A stretch of 64,000 nucleotides of DNA, taken from the NCBI GenBank assembly GCA_963663765.2, contig CAXXUA010000004.1, positions 768,001 through 832,000 of the forward strand, given 5' to 3'. Shown piece after piece: positions 52,498 to 62,667 of this stretch. This DNA is from Candidatus Poribacteria bacterium. Lineage in GTDB: Bacteria; Poribacteria; WGA-4E; WGA-3G. Positions within the stretch are counted from its first letter, which is position 1; every line of letters begins with the position of its first letter. The notes below the pieces were generated by a model. The model was given only the letters and a program-made list of their open reading frames with translations. It did not search any database and was not told the DNA's origin. The translations under genes were made by a program, and so were the position numbers.

Positions 52498-54405
52498 CTA
52501 CCAATGCTTAAAAGAGTACATCCGTTGTCCTAAAGACAAACCTAAAATTGCCCAAATGCTGCCCATCACAAACTCCCCAAGCATTGCACCAAAAAACAAG
52601 GGGAGTGTCTTGCGATATGCACCAATTCCTCCATGTCTAACAAGTATAGACTTTATAACCCACGCAAGAAAAACAGGAAACCACAACCTACCAAAATTCC
52701 AATTACCAGCAAGCGGATACGCAAGCGGGTGCAACTGCCACCAGATAAACCGCAAACGCATATAGAGCGTACTAAGCGTCAACAATATACCGAATCCAAA
52801 GAACCCAAGATGTCCAAATTCTGTATCCGATGGCAATGTCAACCAACGTTGGAGGTCACTGAATGCTTCTTGACCCCGCCATGTCCCCAAACTACCATGT
52901 TGGTATCCCGCATGTAAGAATGCAACAAACCCAATCATCAACCCAATGACCGATGCACCCCACATAACCCACAGCAGTTGACGACTGTTGATAGAACCTT
53001 TATCCGCTAACTTAAATCCCTCCAACTGATTCGGCATCGGTTGTGATCGGTAATTACGAGTAAAGCCATACAGAAATGCAAATCCTGTCAAAGTCTGTGC
53101 ACCTATTTTCCTTGATCCAAACAGTGAAGTCAGGAAAAAGCCTGGTCCGGCACGATGAAAATCTTGTGTAGGAGTACCAAGTTCAGCACGCATCCGTGTG
53201 AATGCTAATACAAGTATAAAGTGAATACTGAAGAAACCAAGCACTCCCCACCAAGACATACCGGCTTTCAAGCAGAAACCAAACACTATGGAAATGCTCA
53301 TCAGAAAACCTAAAAATGCAGCGCGATACCCTATCGGTTCACCTTCAGAATTCAGATCAGTTTTCATACCAACTATATTACGGAAAACTTTCCACAAATG
53401 CTTATGTGTAATCCATAGTGCGAAAAAACATAGACCGAAATAAGCACCAAGTGATTGCTTGTCAATGTGCGGATAACCGGGAATCTGATTGAAACCTGTC
53501 ATTGACCCAAACACAAGTTGTACCTTCCAAAACAGATAGAACAACCAGCAGGATAACGACAAATCAAGCGGCATTAAAAAACCGATCCCAATTGCATAAG
53601 GGTTCAGATGTATAGGAGTTGACCCAATAGCGTTTAGCGGTTTCTCCGTGAAAAAACGACCAATATCATGTCGAATAGGAATACCAGGAACAAAAGGGAA
53701 AAGGAAATTCAGTCCGTTCAGTAAGTCCAAGCCTAATCCGATACCGATACCAATCCAAAGGAGGCGATTCTTGTAAAAAACACTACCTTTCGTCATCTCA
53801 AAAGGAAGTAGAATTATCGGGTAACTTAGTTTCTCATGTTCAATCCACTGCTTGCGTAGGATCGCACTGAGCATCATCATAGAAAAAGCAAGTGCAGCAA
53901 AGAAAAGACCCCAGAACAACATAGGTGTAAGCCATGCACGAATGTGGTCTATTTCAAATAAATTTGATGTGCCTTCATAATAACCTGTCAAAGCACCCCG
54001 ATCCATCACCGCAATCCAGTCAGGTATGTATCTGAAAAAGAGGGATTGCCATTCGTTTTCAGGTGTAGCGAACCAACTCGCATGCCCTAACACACACATC
54101 GTTGCTTGCAACAGATCATGTCCGCAAACAACACAAGCCAAAGTTACCATCAGATAGATCGTCAGCATTTCCGCTTGTGAAAGTTTCCATTTCGGTAGAA
54201 AGCGTGTGAGAAACAGGTTACAAATTGCTACAAGAAACAGCGTAAAAATGGCGTTGAACAGAATCGCCATCGTGGTGGGATATTGCGTCGTCCATACCGT
54301 TTCTGTTTGGACAACAAGATAGATATTTAGGGGAAGTGTTAGCAGCCCTAAGACTATGGCGCGCCATGTGATATTTTCGGTTGATAGGCGGGAGGGATTG
54401 TCCAT
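52498..54405 (-). CDS. Polytopic membrane protein (OPT-like, probably DUF6785/DUF6784 type)
   Basis: Many TM helices; QWIEHEKLSYP, RMRAELG, WWQLHPLAY, GAMLGEF; family label from memory. Confidence 0.65.
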   Translation of the reverse strand: MDNPSRLSTENITWRAIVLGLLTLPLNIYLVVQTETVWTTQYPTTMAILFNAIFTLFLVAICNLFLTRFLPKWKLSQAEMLTIYLMVTLACVVCGHDLLQATMCVLGHASWFATPENEWQSLFFRYIPDWIAVMDRGALTGYYEGTSNLFEIDHIRAWLTPMLFWGLFFAALAFSMMMLSAILRKQWIEHEKLSYPIILLPFEMTKGSVFYKNRLLWIGIGIGLGLDLLNGLNFLFPFVPGIPIRHDIGRFFTEKPLNAIGSTPIHLNPYAIGIGFLMPLDLSLSCWLFYLFWKVQLVFGSMTGFNQIPGYPHIDKQSLGAYFGLCFFALWITHKHLWKVFRNIVGMKTDLNSEGEPIGYRAAFLGFLMSISIVFGFCLKAGMSWWGVLGFFSIHFILVLAFTRMRAELGTPTQDFHRAGPGFFLTSLFGSRKIGAQTLTGFAFLYGFTRNYRSQPMPNQLEGFKLADKGSINSRQLLWVMWGASVIGLMIGFVAFLHAGYQHGSLGTWRGQEAFSDLQRWLTLPSDTEFGHLGFFGFGILLTLSTLYMRLRFIWWQLHPLAYPLAGNWNFGRLWFPVFLAWVIKSILVRHGGIGAYRKTLPLFFGAMLGEFVMGSIWAILGLSLGQRMYSFKHW

Positions 54406-54423
54406 ACTTATGCATTGTTTCAA

Positions 54424-54548
54424 ATAGTAAAATCCATAATTACTTGGACACGACGGTAGGTTCGGATTCCTAACCGAACTTGTAAACATCTTGCTGTTAG
54501 AAGACGCACCTTAAAGGGAATGTAGACATATTTTTGGATTTCACTATA
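54424..54548. mobile_element. Degenerate MITE family C copy with REP hairpin
   Basis: ATAGTAAAATCCATAATTA ... TTTTGGATTTCACTATA; GTAGGTTCGGATTCCTAACCGAAC inside. Confidence 0.55.
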
Positions 54549-54554
54549 ATAGAG

Positions 54555-54789
54555 CAGAACTTACGCACCCAACGGTAGGCGGGGAATGCCTAAATGGCAT
54601 TCATACCCGCCGAATGCCATAGGCGCATTCGGCGTTGATTTGGGGGAATGCCAAAAGGCATTCATACCGTTGATTTCTTGATTTCTTGATTTGGTGCTTT
54701 GTAAGCGCGCCGGAAACCTAAAAAATGCTGGAAATTACATCGTTTTCGTCTTAATTCTTGATTGGATCATGAAAACTGCGTAAGTCCTG
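54555..54789. mobile_element. MITE-A copy with triple nested 35-nt units
   Basis: 5-bp TSD TAGAG; three hairpin heads and four TTGATTT tails at 54581-54692. Confidence 0.88.
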
Positions 54790-54796
54790 TAGAGGA

Positions 54797-56731
54797 TTAG
54801 AAAGCTCTTTCAATGCCGTAGAAAAGTTGGGGTTGTAAGGAAGGAGTAAAAGGCGGATCAAGCGGATAAGCAAGTTCAAAACGAAAAATACCCGCATCAC
54901 TTACTTGAGAGAAACTTCCTCGGATACCAAACCCAACACTTCTTTTAACATCTCTTATTTCAAACGAATTCCATTTTTCCCATATATAACCAAAATCCGC
55001 AAAAACCGTTCCGCTCAACACAAGTCCAAGATCAACTGTCCGATTCCTAATAAATGGTCTTGAAAAGAAGGTCGCAATCTTTGTCAGTCCATCATTTATC
55101 TTTTCAAAAAATGCACCTCCACAGAGAGTCCGGCTTTCCATACTAAATAGCATCATCTTTTCACCACTAAACTGCCGAAGACCATAGCCTCGTAGACCAT
55201 TAAAAGCGCCAAGGATCACCTGACTTTCACCGCGCAACCCAAACTGCATATCCGTCTTAAACTGCATAACAAACGTCTGTTGGAAATCAAATAAACCATC
55301 TTTTCTGAATCCTTCGTCAACTCTATAAATGTCACCTGTCTTAAATACATCACGTAAATACCAAGAACTACGCGCTTGAAAAATAGAATCCGATATTTGA
55401 TTAGTAAAACTTGTAGCATAAGTCATTAACGTTGACCCAAAAACATGGTTAAGATACACCCATCCGGTATTGTACAAGAAACCAACATAAGTTTCTGATC
55501 TATCTGCACCGTAAAGTGGAGATGCATATCCAAATGAAACACTATATTGAGACCCAGAAAAAAAGTCTTCATCTCCTCCCATTGACCGAATAAACCTTGT
55601 TTGGTGATACTTTACATTTTTGCGACCAACCATAATGCCAATGTATGTGAGGTTGCTGTCTTTCGGTGCAGCTGCAGACATAGTGATGGATTCAATCGGT
55701 TCATACTCCGTACGTTGGGAACTCGACCATAACCCAACATAATTTTGGTGTTCTCTACTACCAAAATACCGTTGAATACCTGTAGAAGACCTATGAATTA
55801 CCTGCTCAAATGTATCTGTTTTCATGCCGTTTTCAAACCAACGCACATGATTGATCTGTTCCGATATAGTGAAACCCGCACTCCAACGACTCTTCAAGGT
55901 ATATTGTGGACGTTCAAACAAAACACTCCATGAATCCCCTTCACGTTTCTGAACGTATTCACCATTAAAGTTCCAGTGAGAACTCACAAGACGAGGTATC
56001 CTATATTTCATGGTAATAAATCCACGCGGTTTTTCATCAACTTCACTTATACGCTCATATCTTATCTCTCCACCTTGTCCAGAACCAAAAAGATTGGGTT
56101 CCCTAACTTCCGCAAGAAAATAATGACTCTGATTGTTTATACCCGGATCTAATGCACCTGTCAGCGAAAAGAATTCAGTAATTGTAACATCAATCGCAAC
56201 TTTTTCTGTTTTTTCATCCCACTTAGGTTCTATCTTTGCTGCACCGATATAGCCTATCTGACGCAAAATCCTTTCACTTTCAATCTTATCTGGTTCGGTA
56301 TAGATGTCACCCTCTTCAAAAAGGAGTTCACGTAGAATGACATTATCATTCGTCTTAGTATTACCGGTCAGTGATATTTTACCTATTTTCCCTTCATCAA
56401 TTTCAATAGTAATATAAATGCCATCATTGAATTTTTTCGGTATATTCTTCACTTGTGCAAAAGTAATATCTCTGTTTTTGTAAAATTGAGTGATGTTTTC
56501 GTTATCTTTTTTCAATGTATCTGCATTATACTGCTTACCCACTTCGGTAACCATCAAACTGAGAATTTGCTTTTGGGCAAACGTATGATTTCCTGTAATA
56601 ACAATATCACGAACTACGTTCGCTTGTTCTCCAAGCACTGACTTTGCATTAAGACAAATTAGTACTGCAATGATGAGAAACATATAGAAAAACTTAATAA
56701 TGTTTTCGGATTTGCATAAACAACGAGTCAT
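54797..56731 (-). CDS. Omp85/BamA-TamA family outer membrane protein with POTRA domains
   Basis: ITGN and TGNTKT POTRA starts, LRGY, FADFG, GFGIR, terminal F. Confidence 0.85.
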   Translation of the reverse strand: MTRCLCKSENIIKFFYMFLIIAVLICLNAKSVLGEQANVVRDIVITGNHTFAQKQILSLMVTEVGKQYNADTLKKDNENITQFYKNRDITFAQVKNIPKKFNDGIYITIEIDEGKIGKISLTGNTKTNDNVILRELLFEEGDIYTEPDKIESERILRQIGYIGAAKIEPKWDEKTEKVAIDVTITEFFSLTGALDPGINNQSHYFLAEVREPNLFGSGQGGEIRYERISEVDEKPRGFITMKYRIPRLVSSHWNFNGEYVQKREGDSWSVLFERPQYTLKSRWSAGFTISEQINHVRWFENGMKTDTFEQVIHRSSTGIQRYFGSREHQNYVGLWSSSQRTEYEPIESITMSAAAPKDSNLTYIGIMVGRKNVKYHQTRFIRSMGGDEDFFSGSQYSVSFGYASPLYGADRSETYVGFLYNTGWVYLNHVFGSTLMTYATSFTNQISDSIFQARSSWYLRDVFKTGDIYRVDEGFRKDGLFDFQQTFVMQFKTDMQFGLRGESQVILGAFNGLRGYGLRQFSGEKMMLFSMESRTLCGGAFFEKINDGLTKIATFFSRPFIRNRTVDLGLVLSGTVFADFGYIWEKWNSFEIRDVKRSVGFGIRGSFSQVSDAGIFRFELAYPLDPPFTPSLQPQLFYGIERAF

Positions 56732-58809
56732 TATGTTTCCCTTGCGATTGTTGCACTAGCACGATTAGATAGATAACCTTCAATAAGTAAAAGACAAACA
56801 GCTAATACAAGTAATTCACCCCATATTTCCCTACCATGCCTTTTAATGTCTAATGCGTCAGTATCCAAGTTGCCGTTTTCAGTGGTGAATTCTACTTGTG
56901 CATCAACTTGTTTAGACGCTTGTTCAAGAGGTATTTGTGTCAAATCTGCTTCATCTACAGAAGTGTTTACTGCAAAATAATCTCTAATAAGTCTATCTTT
57001 TGTTTGTATGTCAACTTGATACAAACCAGGAAGTTCAGTTGATTCAAAACGGATAGACCCATCCTCAGCAATTGGGACAGCGACCATATCATTTTCCTTC
57101 AGTGCCTCAACGCGTTTTATCCATGCACGTCCACCAGTATTCTGCGGATAACTCGCAATATATGCATCTCCAACGGTGATGTTTTTCTGCATACTGCTAT
57201 GCATGACATAAAGCACACTATGTTGGATAAGTGGTAGGAAATACGGATTTACCAGCAATTCGTTCCCATCTTGCTGTTGTTGAAGACGACAGTTAAAGAA
57301 TAAAATATGGCTATTATCTTCACGTCGTTCAATTAGGAAGGGTGTATTATCCCCATACCGTGCAATTACGTTGGCATCAGCAGCTGGGGTTACTGTTATT
57401 GCTTCGTAAAATCTTGGTCCATATTGACCAGAAAATACGTTCTCAGAGAAAATCTCAAAGATAGGATGTGCCTCCTCAAATTCACTGACCTGTTGCGGAA
57501 TCTGCCATGCTATTGATTCACCAAATTGAACGGGTAACCACGATAGTGTATTCACATTGGAAGCAAAAACGATAATGTCTTTCCCCTGACGAATAAACTC
57601 ACGTAACTGCGCGCTGCTCTTAGCAGTAATCTTTGGCATATCTGCAAGTAATATAACGTCAAAATCTTCCAATGGATAAGCCTCAAACTCGTTAGGACTA
57701 CACGCTACCGGGTGTATCATTGATGTTCTTTTTTGTACTACGGTAGTCTGATCACTTGCTAATGGATTTAATGCCAATATCAGATATTCAGACTGTTCAC
57801 TAACACAAAGCACCCTAATTTCACCAAGTGAATTATATGAAAAGTAGCGTCTGTTATCTGTATTTAAGCGGTCATCTGTCAACGAAAAGTATCCAGTATG
57901 TATTCCAGGTGTAGAAAGTGTTTGTGTAAATGTGGTCATGATTGATTCACCTGCAGTAACTGAAAAAGTGTGTGTTTTTTTCTTCTGATCCCCAAGAAAT
58001 AGCGTTAAAGTCGTTTGATCAATCGCGGCTTCTGAATAATTCTTTATAGTCACGCTCAAATGCAATGGTAAATCCACACCGATAAGTTGGTGTGAAGGTA
58101 GAATTTCTTCAATATTTGTATTATGTCGGCTTCCTGTATTGACAGGTAATAAAACAATTCGTGCACCAGACCGATTCGGTACAAAACCAGTATTAGTCCA
58201 ACCGTTTCTAGCAAAATCTGAAATGATGTATATCTCTTTATTCTGTTGGGTGGATTCATTTAGAATTTCATGTGCGAATTCAATACTCGGTTGAACGATT
58301 GTTGATCGGTAGGATAAACCAGATTTTTGGAGTTCTGCAATCACACTTTCTATATCTGGTGTGAGTTGCCTAAAAATTGGTTGTGGTATATCGGACATTA
58401 AGATAAGTGATGCAGAATCCCCATATCGAAGAGAACGAAGCACATCAATTGCTAACGTCTTGGCTTTATCAAACCAAACACCATCTACATCTTCATATTT
58501 CATGCTATAGGAATTATCTAAAATGATGACCACGTCGGTCTTAGCACGCACTGCCGCAAGTGGTAATCCAAGGGTAAGGAAGGGACGGGCTAAAGCAAGA
58601 GCAAGTAATGCAACAATTAACATACGCAACAGAAGAATCAGCAGCTGCTTCAATTGGAGTCTACTCACATTCTGACGATGTGCAGCGACTAAAAACATCA
58701 AACTACTGAAATCTACTGTTATGGCTTGACGACGACTCCAAAGATGGATCAACAGGGGGATACCTGCAGCGATTAAACCAAAAAGAAATAGCGGATTAAG
58801 AAATGCCAA
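56731..58809 (-). CDS. BatA-N/VWA domain membrane protein
   Basis: AFLNP...PLLIHL, LARP, DNSYSM, ISDF, C-terminal TM. Confidence 0.88.
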   Translation of the reverse strand: MAFLNPLFLFGLIAAGIPLLIHLWSRRQAITVDFSSLMFLVAAHRQNVSRLQLKQLLILLLRMLIVALLALALARPFLTLGLPLAAVRAKTDVVIILDNSYSMKYEDVDGVWFDKAKTLAIDVLRSLRYGDSASLILMSDIPQPIFRQLTPDIESVIAELQKSGLSYRSTIVQPSIEFAHEILNESTQQNKEIYIISDFARNGWTNTGFVPNRSGARIVLLPVNTGSRHNTNIEEILPSHQLIGVDLPLHLSVTIKNYSEAAIDQTTLTLFLGDQKKKTHTFSVTAGESIMTTFTQTLSTPGIHTGYFSLTDDRLNTDNRRYFSYNSLGEIRVLCVSEQSEYLILALNPLASDQTTVVQKRTSMIHPVACSPNEFEAYPLEDFDVILLADMPKITAKSSAQLREFIRQGKDIIVFASNVNTLSWLPVQFGESIAWQIPQQVSEFEEAHPIFEIFSENVFSGQYGPRFYEAITVTPAADANVIARYGDNTPFLIERREDNSHILFFNCRLQQQQDGNELLVNPYFLPLIQHSVLYVMHSSMQKNITVGDAYIASYPQNTGGRAWIKRVEALKENDMVAVPIAEDGSIRFESTELPGLYQVDIQTKDRLIRDYFAVNTSVDEADLTQIPLEQASKQVDAQVEFTTENGNLDTDALDIKRHGREIWGELLVLAVCLLLIEGYLSNRASATIARET

Positions 58810-58933
58810 CTATGAACTACTCCTAACCGATACAGATTCTATTAGGGTGGTACAGAGAAGAATTGTACTGTATTTCTCAAACTTGTCAATCCAGTATTGA
58901 TGACTATTTGTCAGAGAAATCCAAAATAGAATT

Positions 58934-60436
58934 TTATTTATTAGATTCAACAACTGCAATTTCAAGCTGATTCAGAGTACGGAAAACACCTTCAGTGTAT
59001 TCTATCATCGTATTTGATTCAACCACTTTTCCCGCAAGTTGAATGTGATTCGCATCAGCAACGATCTGTCCTATCGTAGGATCCATTTGCACCCACTTAC
59101 CAACATAAACTTCGGGCCAAAAATGATAGTAAAACGCGTTCCTCATAAAGACAATACCAGAACAGATTCGTGCGGGAATCCCAACCGAACGCGCCATCGC
59201 TATCATCAAAACAGTGTGTTCTGTACAATCACCAGCACCAGTTTTTAAGGTCGTCAGTGCTGAACTATAACCACCGCTTAGCTGCTTTTCCTTAATAGAT
59301 TTGTAGACCCAGTTAGATAGCTTCTTTGCTGCACGCCAAGAGTTACTTTCACCATCTAAAATTTCTAACGCTTTAGCATGAATGTCGACATCTTCTGCTT
59401 CAATATAAACTGATGACGAAAGATATTCTTGAAGTTCTTTATCTTGAATTGGCAATTCTGGACAATTCGCCTCATCCACATCTGCTACCTTAATGGTTAG
59501 CGTTCCTTTCCGTTCTGAATCTATCTGAAGTTTCTGCCGACTGTCTGTCACAATAGCTTTCTCGAGTTCACCCTTTGTCAGTTGAACATTGGCTACAAAT
59601 TGTTTTGCTCCCCGCTTAGGTCTATTACCAGTAGGAACAATCCGAGTTTTCAGAACTATATCCACTACTTCAACCGCACCAAGAGCTGTTTTACTATCTG
59701 TTTTATTTGCTGTATATGATTGTCCCATCATATCGGTCGAGGTTTTGTATAATGTGCCATCTTCTGAGACCCATAAACGTGTAGTAATACCACCCATAAT
59801 TTCTAACTTTTGTTCCAGAACAAAAACAGGAATTTCTTCAGATTGATAGGTGAAATGTACTTCATCTATAATGCTCATTTCAGACTTTACAGCTTGAAGT
59901 AGATCAAAACTGAAAGTATTGTAGTTGAGTTTTTCACCTATTTTTAAATCCTTTTTTGACATTAAATTGTCAATCGCAAGTGTATCTGAAACTGTATCTG
60001 GGGGAATTGAAATCTCTGATTCTGTTGTCGTCTCATTGATTGTCGTTGCTATGTATGCTACACCATCTTTAATTTTTCCTTCAATCTGTTTGAATCCTGA
60101 TTCATTAGAGGTAGATACGAAGTAACGTGGTTTAAAATCAGCATCCAAATACTCAATGCGATTTGTCTCTATTTTCATTGTTCTACCAAGTCCCTTTAGT
60201 TGCATCATTATATCTGTATTGCTTCGCAACATTTCCTCACCCTGATATTCGGCTTCTTCAAGGTATAAACGCATGTATCCAATTTTTTGTCCCTGCATGT
60301 TCAGGTTATACCAATGTTCTTGCGGATATTTTGTTGACTCACCATTTTCCACCTTTTCACTCTCCACTGCATTACAAATTTGGATTAACACCAACGACAA
60401 TAATGTAAATAGTGTAAATAATTTTGATAGTTTCAT
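58934..60436 (-). CDS. Secreted transglutaminase-like protein
   Basis: GDCTEH, GIPAR, YHFWPEV, WVQMDPT catalytic triad. Confidence 0.9.
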   Translation of the reverse strand: MKLSKLFTLFTLLSLVLIQICNAVESEKVENGESTKYPQEHWYNLNMQGQKIGYMRLYLEEAEYQGEEMLRSNTDIMMQLKGLGRTMKIETNRIEYLDADFKPRYFVSTSNESGFKQIEGKIKDGVAYIATTINETTTESEISIPPDTVSDTLAIDNLMSKKDLKIGEKLNYNTFSFDLLQAVKSEMSIIDEVHFTYQSEEIPVFVLEQKLEIMGGITTRLWVSEDGTLYKTSTDMMGQSYTANKTDSKTALGAVEVVDIVLKTRIVPTGNRPKRGAKQFVANVQLTKGELEKAIVTDSRQKLQIDSERKGTLTIKVADVDEANCPELPIQDKELQEYLSSSVYIEAEDVDIHAKALEILDGESNSWRAAKKLSNWVYKSIKEKQLSGGYSSALTTLKTGAGDCTEHTVLMIAMARSVGIPARICSGIVFMRNAFYYHFWPEVYVGKWVQMDPTIGQIVADANHIQLAGKVVESNTMIEYTEGVFRTLNQLEIAVVESNK

Positions 60437-60496
60437 GTGTCTTGTTCCTTGTATAGTTTGGTTTATTCCGGGAGTAATAACCCTAATGATGTCCTT

Positions 60497-61069
60497 TTAT
60501 GTTACCGTTGCCATTGCAACTGTATGGGTGTTCCGCTGTTTTACCTTACGATAGTTTCCAAAAATATCCAAGAATTTCCGTTTGATAAACTGGCGAAGAC
60601 CCGAAATAGTAACTACATAGATCCTACCATTCGGCTTTAGATGGTGTCTTGCATCAGTGAAAAACAGATGTAGCAACTCATTACCAGTTTTTGCTGGTAG
60701 GTTTGAAGCAATTACATCAAATTGGATATTGGAAAGATGACTAAATCCGTTGCTAAGGAACACCTCACAATTTTGGAGTTGATTCTGTTTTACGTTCTTT
60801 TGTGCATAGTCTACCGCAACAAAATCTTTGTCTACCATATAGACTTCTACAGATTGAAAACACTTTCCGATAGTAATACCAACAGCTCCATAGCCACATC
60901 CAAGATCAAGACATGTATCACCACTGTTTATATGTAACTGCTCAACTAAAATCCGTGTTCCAGCATCAATTGCTTTCGGTGAAAACAGGCCCCACGTTGT
61001 TGTAAAGGTCAAGTCATGGCCACGCAATTGTGTGTTAAATGATGTTTCAGTCGGTATTTCTGGTGTCAT
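60497..61069 (-). CDS. Class I SAM-dependent methyltransferase (RsmC-like, small)
   Basis: GLFS, IDAGT, LDLGCGYG, SNLP. Confidence 0.88.
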   Translation of the reverse strand: MTPEIPTETSFNTQLRGHDLTFTTTWGLFSPKAIDAGTRILVEQLHINSGDTCLDLGCGYGAVGITIGKCFQSVEVYMVDKDFVAVDYAQKNVKQNQLQNCEVFLSNGFSHLSNIQFDVIASNLPAKTGNELLHLFFTDARHHLKPNGRIYVVTISGLRQFIKRKFLDIFGNYRKVKQRNTHTVAMATVT

Positions 61070-62430
61070 TACTGTTCTAATAACTTCACTAAATCTTTGC
61101 GAGTTGTCGGTATACTCAAATCCATAAGGTAAATATGAAAACTGTCGTTCCTATCGGAAGCAAACGCCAAATATCTACCGTCAGGGGAGAACGTTGGTTG
61201 AATCGATCTACCTATACCACTTGTAATTTTACGTTCATTTTTTCCATCAACATCAACGAGATAGATTTCCCAGTCGTTATCTCTTGAAGACATAAACGCA
61301 ACCGTTTTGCCATCAGGTGAAACTGTTGGATTGTAACAACCATATCTGTTTGGATTGAGATGTTTTAAGTTTTTCCCATCAATATCTATCATAAAAAGTT
61401 GATTAACACCATTGTGGGAAGATACAAATACCAACCGTTCTTCATCTGGAAAAAATGTTGGACTACCATCGTCAACATCGTTGAATGTAATCCGTTCAGG
61501 TGTAATCTGTTGAGGGATTATCCCTGTAAGTTCTATATCCTTAAATTCAAGCAGATATAATTCCAAATTGTCATCAGTACTTGATTCGTAAACAACCTTC
61601 ATTCCTGAAGGTGATGATCTTGGAGCTCGAGTGCCAAAACTGATGGGTATCACAGCGCGAGTCACTTTGCTATGGATATGTGTCATGTTTAAACCCGCGT
61701 ATGTTGATGTTGAACCACTACCAAGGATGCCAACTTTGACTTCACGCGACGATTTCGATTCACTACTATACAAAAGAAAATTTGGATTCTTCAAAAATGT
61801 AGGAGCACTATCGTTGAAATCCGTTGTATACGTTACACGGCGAAGGATGCGTCCGTTAATATCCATCAGATAGATATCATCATTGTCAAGACGAAAGGAG
61901 GAATACGCAATCTGTGTACCATCAAGGGAGAAGGTCGGGGAATAATTGTCTGATTCACCATTGGTAAGTTGCTTTGTCTTATAGCTATCTCCAACCAATG
62001 AGATTATTTCGCGCAATACTTCTGGGTCAGATGTTCCTTTGTGAATAGTATTTAGCAAACGAAATGCAGATGTTCTATTACCAATCCTTAAATATGTTCG
62101 TGCTAACTCAAGGCGAGCTTCAAGACGTTTATCAGGTTGCGATGTATAGAGTTGTGATGTTCTTTTGAACTGTAAAATGGCATCATCGGAACGATTTAAC
62201 TGGTTGTATACTCGACCCAGTAACATCCGTGCTTCTGGATTGTTCGGTTTCTTATCTATAATTGTTTCCAATTTGTTAACCGCAGTTTCTAACTTTTCCT
62301 CCTCAATGAGTTTCTCAATTTTATTCAAACCGTTATCTTGACACCCAAACACTACAACTATAGAAATTACAAAACTGAAACAAAATAGAAAAGCACAATT
62401 TAGATTAACATTTTGAGTTGCAATATGCAT
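61069..62430 (-). CDS. TPR + TolB-like (PD40) beta-propeller lipoprotein
   Basis: FGC lipobox-like site, N-terminal TPRs, repeated P.FSPDG motifs. Confidence 0.85.
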   Translation of the reverse strand: MHIATQNVNLNCAFLFCFSFVISIVVVFGCQDNGLNKIEKLIEEEKLETAVNKLETIIDKKPNNPEARMLLGRVYNQLNRSDDAILQFKRTSQLYTSQPDKRLEARLELARTYLRIGNRTSAFRLLNTIHKGTSDPEVLREIISLVGDSYKTKQLTNGESDNYSPTFSLDGTQIAYSSFRLDNDDIYLMDINGRILRRVTYTTDFNDSAPTFLKNPNFLLYSSESKSSREVKVGILGSGSTSTYAGLNMTHIHSKVTRAVIPISFGTRAPRSSPSGMKVVYESSTDDNLELYLLEFKDIELTGIIPQQITPERITFNDVDDGSPTFFPDEERLVFVSSHNGVNQLFMIDIDGKNLKHLNPNRYGCYNPTVSPDGKTVAFMSSRDNDWEIYLVDVDGKNERKITSGIGRSIQPTFSPDGRYLAFASDRNDSFHIYLMDLSIPTTRKDLVKLLEQ

Positions 62431-62466
62431 TTTGGTTGTACTGAATTATGGAATTTTTAAATAAAA

Positions 62467-62624
62467 CATGACTTACGCACCCAACGGTAGGCGGTGAATG
62501 CCTAAATGGCATTCATACCGTTGATTTGGTGCTTTGTAAGCGCGCCGGAAACCCAAAAAATGCTGAAATTTACATCGTTTTCGTCTTAATTCTTGATTGG
62601 ATCATGAAAACTGCGTAAGTCCTG
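62467..62624. mobile_element. MITE-A copy with one 35-nt unit
   Basis: 6-bp TSD ATAAAA; unit at 62493-62527 directly after GTAGGC. Confidence 0.88.
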
Positions 62625-62667
62625 ATAAAAATTCTGGTATCAATCCGTTTAGGAGTGTCAATATCTA

